Shown here: one piece after another, positions 46,800-55,800 of the stretch
How the letters are laid out: the number at the start of each line of letters is the position of its first letter
Position numbering within the stretch: the first letter of the stretch is position 1
Source of the DNA: an uncultured Haloferula sp.
GTDB taxonomy: Bacteria; Verrucomicrobiota; Verrucomicrobiia; Verrucomicrobiales; Akkermansiaceae
DNA: 64,000 bases
NCBI GenBank assembly: GCA_965652295.1
Contig: CBFGTS010000005.1
Location: 128,001 to 192,000, forward strand
Direction of reading: 5' to 3'
Notes under the pieces: model-generated
The model's database searches: none
What the model was told of the DNA's origin: nothing
What the model saw: the letters and a program-made list of their open reading frames with translations, nothing else
Position numbers and translations under genes: made by a program

Positions 46800-49000
46800 T
46801 GAGCGGGTCCATCGACAGGCTGCTTTTCGCCGCTGCCTGCGGCCTGGGTGATAGGGAGGAACGAGAGTCGTTCCTCGACCACGTCTGCCGCGACGATCCC
46901 GAGCTTCGGAAGCTGCTGGACGAAATGTTGACGGTGCATGTCGAAGCGGAGGAGTTCTTCACGTTTCCTCCGCCGCGGATTCCGGAGCCGCCGGAGCAGG
47001 CCCTGTCCGGGCGGAAGGAGGAGGAGCTGGGAACAAGGATCGGCCGCTACCGCTTGATCGAAAGAATCGGCGAAGGCGGTTGCGGCGTGGTCTATCTGGC
47101 CGAGCAACTAGAGCCGGTGTGGCGGAAGGTCGCCTTGAAGATCATCCGCGTGGGCATGGATACGGAGAGCGTCATCGCGCGCTTCGAAATCGAGCGGCAG
47201 GCATTGGCCCTCATGGACCACCCGAACATCGCGCGGGTGCTCGATGCTGGGGCCACCGCTACGGGGAGACCTTATTTCGTGATGGAGTTGGCGGAGGGCG
47301 AGAAAATCACGGATTTCTGCGATCGCAGGAGCTTCGGAGTGCCCCAGCGACTCGCTCTTTTCATCCAGGTCTGCGAAGCGATCCAGCACGCCCACCAGAA
47401 AGGCGTGGTCCATCGCGACATCAAACCTTCGAACGTCCTTGTCCGCGAGCATGAGGGCCGGCTGGTGCCGAAGGTCATCGATTTTGGGATCGCCAAGGTC
47501 ACCGCGGGCGAGCTGCTGCCGGAAGGCACCGCGACGCGGACCGGCCAATTGATCGGCACGCCCGCCTACATGAGCCCCGAGCAGGCGGAAGGAGATGAGG
47601 ACATCGACACCCGCAGTGACATTTACAGCTTGGGCGCCCTGCTGTTCGAACTGCTTGCGGGGTCTCCCCCCGTAGTTCTGGAAGGGCTTGCCATGGCCGG
47701 GGAGAAAGGAATCCGCGATGCCTTGCGGGAAGGCCCGAAGGAAACCCCATCCGCACGGTTGCTCAAGGTTGCTACCGAGAGCGCAGCCTTGATCGCAGCG
47801 CTCCGGGGAGTCGAGCCAGACCACCTTTCCGGGATTCTCGCGCGGGACCTCGACTGGATCGTGATGAAGGCGATCGAGCGAGATCGTCAACGGCGTTATG
47901 AGACGGCGAATGGGCTGGCTCTTGATGTTGCTCGATATTTGAAAGGGCAGCCGGTGGTCGCGCGACCGCCGAGCCGGTGGTATCTGATCACCAAGCTGGT
48001 GGGGCGCAACCGCGTCACCTTCGCTGCCGCCGGGATCGCGCTCTTCGGCTTGGTGGGAGGCTTCGGCGTTTCCACCTGGCTGTTTTTCAGCGAACGCAGC
48101 GCCCGGCATGAGCAGGCGAGGCTGCGGATGCTGGCGGAAAAAGCGACCGCCAACGAGGTCCGCCTCAGGGACAACGCGCGGGTGGCGGATCAGGTCAGGC
48201 AGGCTGCCGTCCTTCTGAAATACAACGACACCGAGGCCGCCGATCAGCTCCTCGACGGCCTCCAGCCGGAACGGATCCCGCGCTCGCTCGAAGCCTCCTC
48301 CACTTACATGCACGTCGCCAACTGGCACCTTTCGCAAGAGCGCTGGCAAATGGCGGCGAAGCGCTTCCATGCCTTGGGCCATGTCGTCACCAGCGTCGAC
48401 ATGACCGATTCCCAGGACATTTCCTTCCGTTTGCTGCCCGTTCTGACGGCGGTGAGCCTGTGGGGTGAGCCCGGCCATTACAGAAAGATCCGCGACCTGG
48501 CGATCGACCGCTTTGTTGACTCGGCGAACCCGATCGTGGCCGAACATGTGGTCAAAGCCGCTCTCCTTGAGCCTCCCGACTCCGCTACCTTGGAGGAACT
48601 CACGCCTTTGATCGCCGTCCTTGAGAATTCCCTGGAAATCCCCCAGACCGACAAGGGGCCTCACATGGTGGCTTGGCGCAAGTTCTCCCTCGCCCTGATG
48701 GCCTATCGGCGCGGCCGCTTCGAAGAGGCCGCAGCGAGGGCCCGTGAAAGCCGGGCATTGGCTTCCAACAGCGCTCCCAGGACCGTTTCCAACGAACTCC
48801 TCCTCGCCATGATCGACCTCAGGCAGGGCAAGGTGGACTCCGGTCGCGAAAGCTTGGCAGCCTTGAGGAAAGAAGTGGATGGTTGGTTGGCGGAGCCTTT
48901 TCAGATCACGAACCCGGACGGCACCCTCTGGTACAACCAGTATGCAACTTTGATTTTGCTGCTGGAGGCCGAGCAATTGGCCGGGGAAATCCTCCATTAG
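46796..49000 (+). CDS. Membrane Ser/Thr protein kinase (Hanks type)
   Basis: GTGA overlap with the sigma; GEGGCG, HRDIKPSN, DFGIAK, GTPAYMSPEQ; TM FAAAGIALFGLVGGFGVSTWLF. Confidence 0.95.
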   Translation: MMSGSIDRLLFAAACGLGDREERESFLDHVCRDDPELRKLLDEMLTVHVEAEEFFTFPPPRIPEPPEQALSGRKEEELGTRIGRYRLIERIGEGGCGVVYLAEQLEPVWRKVALKIIRVGMDTESVIARFEIERQALALMDHPNIARVLDAGATATGRPYFVMELAEGEKITDFCDRRSFGVPQRLALFIQVCEAIQHAHQKGVVHRDIKPSNVLVREHEGRLVPKVIDFGIAKVTAGELLPEGTATRTGQLIGTPAYMSPEQAEGDEDIDTRSDIYSLGALLFELLAGSPPVVLEGLAMAGEKGIRDALREGPKETPSARLLKVATESAALIAALRGVEPDHLSGILARDLDWIVMKAIERDRQRRYETANGLALDVARYLKGQPVVARPPSRWYLITKLVGRNRVTFAAAGIALFGLVGGFGVSTWLFFSERSARHEQARLRMLAEKATANEVRLRDNARVADQVRQAAVLLKYNDTEAADQLLDGLQPERIPRSLEASSTYMHVANWHLSQERWQMAAKRFHALGHVVTSVDMTDSQDISFRLLPVLTAVSLWGEPGHYRKIRDLAIDRFVDSANPIVAEHVVKAALLEPPDSATLEELTPLIAVLENSLEIPQTDKGPHMVAWRKFSLALMAYRRGRFEEAAARARESRALASNSAPRTVSNELLLAMIDLRQGKVDSGRESLAALRKEVDGWLAEPFQITNPDGTLWYNQYATLILLLEAEQLAGEILH

Positions 49001-49089
49001 CGCCGGTGCCGGAGGGGCTTGCCCTGGGATGACCGAGGCGTGCCGTGGTGCGGGCGGCTGACGGGAACATCATCGCCCGGAAAAAAGCG

Positions 49090-49115
49090 TGTCGGGTCCG
49101 GGAGACAGAATCCGT
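49090..49115 (+). promoter_or_regulatory. Putative ECF promoter TGTCGG-N17-CGT
   Basis: tgtcgg gtccgggagacagaatc cgt, after the kinase stop and about 65 nt before the ATG at 49180. Confidence 0.6.
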
Positions 49116-49179
49116 CTTCCCATTTGAGGGCCGCTCTCCGCCCTGTGGAAATCACCAACCCCAGCAAAAACCCGACACT

Positions 49180-50016
49180 ATGAAATTGCGAAACCTTCTC
49201 ATCGCTTCAGGCCTCCTGAACCTCACGCTATCGAGCCACGGTGCCCTGATCGCCCACTACACCTTGGACGAAGGCGCGGGGGCGACCACCGCCGCCAATG
49301 AAGTCGGCGGTTCGACGGCCGGAGCGGTGGGCTCCCTCGTCACCACCGGCGTCACCGGTGTTTCCGGAAATGCCTACAGTTTCACAGGTGCCGCCGCGCA
49401 GGACAACATCGTCGACATGGGCAATGCCTCGTTCCTCCCCTCCATCGCGACGAGCGGGCAGTATACGTTTTCGGCCTGGGTCAATTCGTCCGAAGTTGTT
49501 GGTGGTCGCAATGTGGTGGTGTTTGCCGGCGACAGCGGCGACAGCAACAGCTACATCGACCTCGGAACGGCGATCGATGACCTGACTCCTCCCGGCCAGG
49601 CCTACATGCGCCATCGCGTCGATACGAACGGTGCCGGTGCGTCCAGTTTCTTTGGCGGTACCGATGGAGTTGTGGTCGATGGCACCTGGCATCATATCGC
49701 CATGACGGCGGACACCGGAACGCTGACGATCAATCTCTATGTTGATGGGGTTTTCAGAAGCACCGGAGCCATCGTCCCGGGTTCGTCCGGAAACTTCCCG
49801 CTCCTCAACAATTTTGAAATCGGCCGTCTCGGCCGCTCGGCACCGACGGATGGCTACCAAGGCCTGGTCGACGATGTGCAAGTGTATGACCACGCTCTTT
49901 CAGCCGGCGAAATCGCGTTCATTTTCGCCAACCCCGGCCAGGCCGTGCCGGAGCCTGGCTCTCTCGCCCTCGTCGGCCTCGGGGCACTGACGCTGATTCG
50001 CCGCAAGCGTGCTTGA
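49180..50016 (+). CDS. LamG-domain PEP-CTERM protein
   Basis: LIAHYTLDE...WHHIAMT...VDDVQVYDHALS; ends VPEPGSLALVGLGALTLIRRKRA. Confidence 0.93.
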   Translation: MKLRNLLIASGLLNLTLSSHGALIAHYTLDEGAGATTAANEVGGSTAGAVGSLVTTGVTGVSGNAYSFTGAAAQDNIVDMGNASFLPSIATSGQYTFSAWVNSSEVVGGRNVVVFAGDSGDSNSYIDLGTAIDDLTPPGQAYMRHRVDTNGAGASSFFGGTDGVVVDGTWHHIAMTADTGTLTINLYVDGVFRSTGAIVPGSSGNFPLLNNFEIGRLGRSAPTDGYQGLVDDVQVYDHALSAGEIAFIFANPGQAVPEPGSLALVGLGALTLIRRKRA

Positions 50017-50886
50017 TCAAGCGGCCCGACACACGACGCCTCTCCAACGCATCCCCGGACCCAGCCGTCCGGGGATGCCTGTGAGCGCGGGCAATCCCGG
50101 CAAGATCTCACATTCGAACCCCAATCCATGAACAGAATCCATCTTTTCTTAATCCCGGCCGCGCTTTCCACAGTGGTCGATTGCCGTGCCGATCTGATCG
50201 CCCACTACAAGTTCGACGAAAGCAGTGGAGCAACCACCGCCGCAAATGAAGTCGTCGGTTCCTCGACAGGTGTGGTGGGTGCATCGGTCACCACCGGAGT
50301 AGCCGGGATCTCCGGAAGCGCCTACAGCTTCACGGGCAGCTCCACGCAGGACGACATCGTCGACATGGAGAACGCTTCGTTTTTCCCCTCCATTACCTCC
50401 AGCGGCCAATACACGTTTTCAGCTTGGATCAACTCGTCCGAACTCGCTGGCGGCCGCAATGTGGTCGTCTTTGCTGGCGACAGTGCGGATAGCAACAGCT
50501 ACATCGACCTCGGCACTGCGATTGATGAGCTAACCCCCCCTGGCCAAGCCTACATGCGTCACCGTGTCGACACGAACGGTCCAGGTGCGTCCAGTTTCTT
50601 TGGCGGCACCGATGGAGTGGTGGTCGATGGCACATGGCATCACATCGCCATGACGGCGGACACCAGCACGTTGACGATCCGCCTCTACGTGGATGGCGTC
50701 TTCGCAAGCAGCGGTGCCCTCGTTCCCGGTTCCTCCGGGAACTTCCCGATCTTCAACAACTTCGAGATCGGTCGCCTTGGCCGATCCTCCCCTACCGATG
50801 GGTATGAGGGCCTCGTCGACGATGTCCAAGTCTACGACAAAGCGCTTTCCGAGGCCGAAATCTCCTTTCTTTTCAACAACCCGGGT
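49246..50886 (+). repeat. Direct repeat of a ~690-bp LamG coding segment (49246-~49939 and 50194-~50886)
   Basis: Both copies start ctgatcgcccactac. Long near-identical stretches differ mostly at third codon positions. Confidence 0.9.
50049..50078. other. Perfect 12-bp intergenic hairpin without U-tract
   Basis: gcatccccggac-ccagcc-gtccggggatgc. Confidence 0.75.
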
Positions 50887-52713
50887 GAAACTTTCTCCGA
50901 AGACGACACGGATTTCGACGGCCTCGCGGATGCTTGGGAGATCCTCTACTTTGGCAACATCGAGGCCTTCTCGGGCGACGATATCGGACCCGATGCGGAC
51001 GGTGCGACCAACTTGCAGGAACAGGCGGCAGGCACCAATCCCACCATTCCGGATACGGATGGGGACGGCCGCACTGATGGTGCTGAACTCAATGTGGCTC
51101 CTCTGACCCATCCTCTGGATCCTGACTCGGACGATGATCAGCTCACAGACGGTGAAGAAGTGGACATCCACGGCACCGATCCAAACAGTGGGGATACCGA
51201 TGCAGACGGACTTCCGGATAAATGGGAACTCGACAACTCTCTGAGCCCATTGAGTGATGTGGGCGACGACGGGGCTTCCGGCGATCCCGACGAAGACGAT
51301 TCGATGAACTCGAACGAGTACAACGACGGAATCGATAGCTCCGATCCCCACGACGCTGACTCCGACGATGACGGCTTGAGCGACGTGCAGGAAGATCGCT
51401 TCGGATCATGGGCAGGTCTGGAATTCACGGGAACCAGTCCAACCAATCCCGACACCGATGGCGACGGCTTCCTCGACGGCGAGGAGAACCCCGATCTCGA
51501 ATACGTCGCGGGCGTCACCCCGGGCACCGATCCCAATATCGCGGACAGTGATCTCGACGGCTTCGGCGACAAGGCGGAGTTTGATTTCGGCAGCGATCCC
51601 ACCGATTTCGAATCCTTCCCCGTGGTGGCCAGGGGGCTGGTGGCCCACTACAAGTTCGACGAAGCCGCCGCTGCCACGACCGCCGTCAATGAACTGGGTA
51701 ACAGCCCGGGGGTCATCGGTACCGCGGTCAACACCGGTGTCACAGGCATGTCTGGCAACGCATACCAGTTCAACGATCTGGCTACTCAAGAGGGCATCGT
51801 GGACATGGGGCTGGCGGAGTTTCTCACCGATATTCTCGCCACCAAGGCGCTGACATTTACCGCCTGGATCAAGTCGACGGATGTCTCCAGCGGGAGAAAC
51901 GTCGTCATCTCCGCTGCCAACAGCGCCGTGGCAAACAGCTATGTGGATATGGGCATCGTCGGCGAAGGCCTCTCGCTTGGCTCACTTCATGGACGCCTCC
52001 GCCCCAACGGCAATGGCAACATCACCGAAAGTTTCAGCAGCGCTGAGCCGAACGCGACTTTCGTGACCGATGACGAATGGCACCACATCGCTCTGACGAT
52101 TGACGTGGAGGCCTCGGCTCTCCGGATTTTCGTGGATGGCCTCCAAGTCGGTGCGGACCGAGCGCTTGTTTTGGCAACGTTGCCGGTATTCAACAACTTC
52201 GAGGTCGGTCGTCTTGGGCGCGCGGTGCCTACGGATGCCTTCGAGGGTCTTGTCGATGATATCCAGGTCTACAATGAAGCATTGAGTCCGGCCCGGATCG
52301 CCTCGCTCTATGCCATGCCGGGCGTGTCGGCGGATGAAGACCGGGACCGGCTGGACGATCAATGGGAGATCACGTTCTTCGGCAGCATCGAAGCCCAGGA
52401 TGGCTCGGGCGATCCGGACGACGACGGCTTTACCAACGAAGAAGAGGAAACCGCGGGGACGTCTCCGGTGCCGGCAACCGCCGCCCTCGAAGTCACCTCC
52501 GTGAATTTCACTCCGGGCGGCGATTTCATCATCCAATTCACCGGCGAACCGGGCACCACCTATCAAATCACCAAATCCGCCGATCTCGACGGATTTGTTC
52601 CCCTCACACCACCCGTCACCGCCACGACGGATGGAGCCGGTCAAGGCGGGGCCACCGTGCCTGCCGCGGAGGCCTCCGAAGACGCGGAATTCTATCGCGT
52701 CGAAAGCCAGTAG
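50128..52713 (+). CDS. Secreted protein: LamG + TSP3-like repeats + LamG + C-terminal FYR domain
   Basis: Two LIAHYKFDE/LVAHYKFDE domains, DxDxDG repeats; ends EDAEFYRVESQ. Confidence 0.88.
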   Translation: MNRIHLFLIPAALSTVVDCRADLIAHYKFDESSGATTAANEVVGSSTGVVGASVTTGVAGISGSAYSFTGSSTQDDIVDMENASFFPSITSSGQYTFSAWINSSELAGGRNVVVFAGDSADSNSYIDLGTAIDELTPPGQAYMRHRVDTNGPGASSFFGGTDGVVVDGTWHHIAMTADTSTLTIRLYVDGVFASSGALVPGSSGNFPIFNNFEIGRLGRSSPTDGYEGLVDDVQVYDKALSEAEISFLFNNPGETFSEDDTDFDGLADAWEILYFGNIEAFSGDDIGPDADGATNLQEQAAGTNPTIPDTDGDGRTDGAELNVAPLTHPLDPDSDDDQLTDGEEVDIHGTDPNSGDTDADGLPDKWELDNSLSPLSDVGDDGASGDPDEDDSMNSNEYNDGIDSSDPHDADSDDDGLSDVQEDRFGSWAGLEFTGTSPTNPDTDGDGFLDGEENPDLEYVAGVTPGTDPNIADSDLDGFGDKAEFDFGSDPTDFESFPVVARGLVAHYKFDEAAAATTAVNELGNSPGVIGTAVNTGVTGMSGNAYQFNDLATQEGIVDMGLAEFLTDILATKALTFTAWIKSTDVSSGRNVVISAANSAVANSYVDMGIVGEGLSLGSLHGRLRPNGNGNITESFSSAEPNATFVTDDEWHHIALTIDVEASALRIFVDGLQVGADRALVLATLPVFNNFEVGRLGRAVPTDAFEGLVDDIQVYNEALSPARIASLYAMPGVSADEDRDRLDDQWEITFFGSIEAQDGSGDPDDDGFTNEEEETAGTSPVPATAALEVTSVNFTPGGDFIIQFTGEPGTTYQITKSADLDGFVPLTPPVTATTDGAGQGGATVPAAEASEDAEFYRVESQ

Positions 52714-52822
52714 CGCCTTCCCGCTCCGCGCTCTCACGTCCGGGATTTCTCGTCGACAGCCCCTGGGGTTCTGTCCCGAGGGGTCCCGGGCACTCTTTCC
52801 CACCCGTCTTCCATCATCCTCC

Positions 52823-55800
52823 GTGAATCGACTTTGGGCCCTTCTGCTCTCTCTTGGTCTTGTCTCCGTGCTCCACGCCGCGCCGCCTTCCTCCTCCGGC
52901 TTGGCGCTCCATTTCGATGCCTCGGACATCGATGCCCAGAAAAACACCTCCCTCCTCGACGGCGAAGCGATCACCGTTTGGAAGGACCTTTCAGGAAACC
53001 AGCTCGACCTCGACATGCCGACCGGCACGCCGACCTACATCCAACCCGGTCCGGGATTCGGCGGCCTGCCCGTGGTGCAGTTCAATCCGGTCGACTTCAA
53101 TGGAGCGGACTACCTCAGCAGGGCCGCAGCCCCAATCCATGATTACCCCTTCACCGTGTTCGCCGTCGTGCGCTCCGCCACCACCCGCAACGCGGTCATC
53201 TTCTCCCTGGTCGACGCCCAGAGCCGCGAAAAAATGGCGGGCATCCGCTTCGTCTATGAAGGTAACGGCGAGCCCGGGCGCATCAGCCTCTTCCGCCGCA
53301 ATCCCGTGTGGGTCGAGGCACCCAGCAGCGAGGCTTTCAACGACAATGCGTTCCACATCGTCACCGCCCGATTTGTGAATCCATCGCTCGCGCGACTCTA
53401 CGTCGATGGCCAGTTGAGGGCCACCTCGGAGACTCACATCGCCCTGCCTACCTTCAACCGCTTCGACCTTGGAAACAACGGTCGCAACCAGTCCACCACC
53501 GATCCCTACGAGGGCCAGATCGCCGAGTTGATGGTCTACGACGAGGACCTGGACGGAAGTGAACGGAGAGAAGCGGAGGCCTATCTCTCGGAGAAATGGA
53601 TCACCGGCCGGGCGGGCATCGCCACCACCCACAACGCCGTCGATTTCGGATCGGTCGCCCTCAGTGAACCGCAGAGCCGCGAGATCACGATCACCCACAG
53701 TGGCGCCGAGGACGGCAGCATCACGATCGAAAGCCTCGATCTAGGGTCGCTCGGCGACTTCTCCCTGCGCGCCTACCTCAACGAGGAGGAGCTCGAGCCC
53801 GCCGACCCGACCGCCTATCCCTTCACCCTCTCGCGGGCCTCGGGCGATGAACTCCGTCTGGTGGCGACGATCACGCCGACTGCGGGCGAGCTCGATTACC
53901 ACGGTTCGCTCCGGATTTTGAGCAACGCGGAGAACCAACCTGATCTCGCCATCCCCCTCACCGCCCGCCTGCGGAACCGCGTTGGTGTGACGGACTACGA
54001 GAATCATCGTAGCGAGGGAAACCGGATCCATTTCGATCTCCAGGGAAATGCCGAAGTGTGCCTTACGCTGAATACGGCGGCCATGGCCCGGATTCAATAC
54101 GCTCCCGACGGGGAATTCCGATCGGACGATTCCCCCGACTATTTCATGGTCCGGAAATTCGCGTGGGACCCGGTCACCTACAGCATCCAGGACCATGGTT
54201 CCTATCTCGGGATCCACACCTCCGCCATGACCGTCCGGGTGCAGAAGAGCCCGTTCCGTATCCAGCTTTACGACCCCTCGAATACCATTCTGATCGTCAA
54301 GGATTCGGACGAGGAAGGGATGTACGCGGAGCAGGGGCAGCGGGGAGTGGTCCGGGTGGAGAACGACGGTGAACATGCCCGTTTCGGTTTCGGTAGCGGC
54401 GATCACGGGCATTCGCGTCCGCTCGACAAACGGGCGGGCTATGACCAGTTCACGGTCACCCACGGTCGCACCTGCGTTCCCTTTTTCATGAGTATGGCCG
54501 GTTACGGCGTGTTTCTGAATACGGTCGAGAAAGACACGGCGTTCGATGACTCGGGAGGATTCAGGACGACGGGATTTCTCGATTACTGGTTCATGGTCGG
54601 GGATTTCAAAAAGGTGCTCGGTCTCTACAGCGAGCTGACCGGGCGGATGAACCTGTTTCCCAAATGGGGCTACGGCTTCATGCTCTCGAAGTATGGGAAC
54701 GACAACGCCACCCAGGCCGAATTTCTGGAATGGATCCACCGTTTGCGTGACGAGGGCTATCCCACTGACTCGTACGTCTTCGATTATGGCTGGCGCGGCG
54801 CGAAGTTCGATCCGCACCGCTGGAATGCGCAGCGTTACCCTGATATCAGCGCGATGTTCGCGGAGGCGCGGCAGCTGGGTTTCCACATCGGACTTCACAA
54901 CAACAAGGGCACGCCCGAAGCAGGCAATGGCAATTTCGCTGATCCGGGCGTCGCCGAGAATTGGTGGCGCGCTCACTGGGATAACGTGATCGAACCCGGC
55001 CATGGCGATTGGTTCTGGCCGGATGAGTTCGACGTCGCCGGCGATAACCTGATGGCGAACCGCGCTGCCAAGATTGTTCATGAGCGGTGGCTTGAGGCGA
55101 CGACGGACCAGCGTCCGATGTTCCTGACCCGCGGCGGCTTCGCCAACCACCATTTTTCCTCAACATGGTCCGGCGACATCCCGAATACGATTGCCGAGAT
55201 GAGCGAGCAGATCACGGGGGCCCTTGCGCTCGGCATGTCCGGTTACCCGTGGTCTTCCAACGACCTCGGCGGCTTCTTTGCGAAACCCTCGGACGAGCTC
55301 TACATCCGATGGGTGGCCCAGTTCGGTGCGTTCAGCGGACTCATGCGTGCTCACGGCCACGATGGCCGGGAGCCTTGGCTGTATGGCGAACGCGCCCAAG
55401 AGAATCTCCGCCGTTACCTGAAGATCCGCTACCGGCTTTTCCCCTACATCTACACCACTGCATGGCAGGGTGCCCGGCACGGCATCCCGATGATGCGAGC
55501 AATGGCGATCGAGCATCCTGCCGATCCGGAAGCATGGACAAAGGACAGCCAATATTATTTCGGCGATTGGCTGCTCGTCGCTCCCGCCCTTTCCACCCAG
55601 GACACCCAGGTTTCCGTCTGGCTTCCTGAAGGAACCTGGTATGACTTCTTCGACCCGAGTGTAAGCCACGAAGGCGGCCGGACCATCACTGTCAGCGCGA
55701 CCCTGGATCAGATTCCGGTATTTGTGAAAGCGGGAGCGATCATTCCGAGCGGACCGGACGTCTCCCATGCGGATGCGAAGCCCCTGAACCCTCTGACTCT

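Noticed and set aside
50007..50031. Minus-strand TGTCGG-N16-CGC
   Set aside because: Points antisense into the end of a gene and has an off-consensus spacer. Probably chance.
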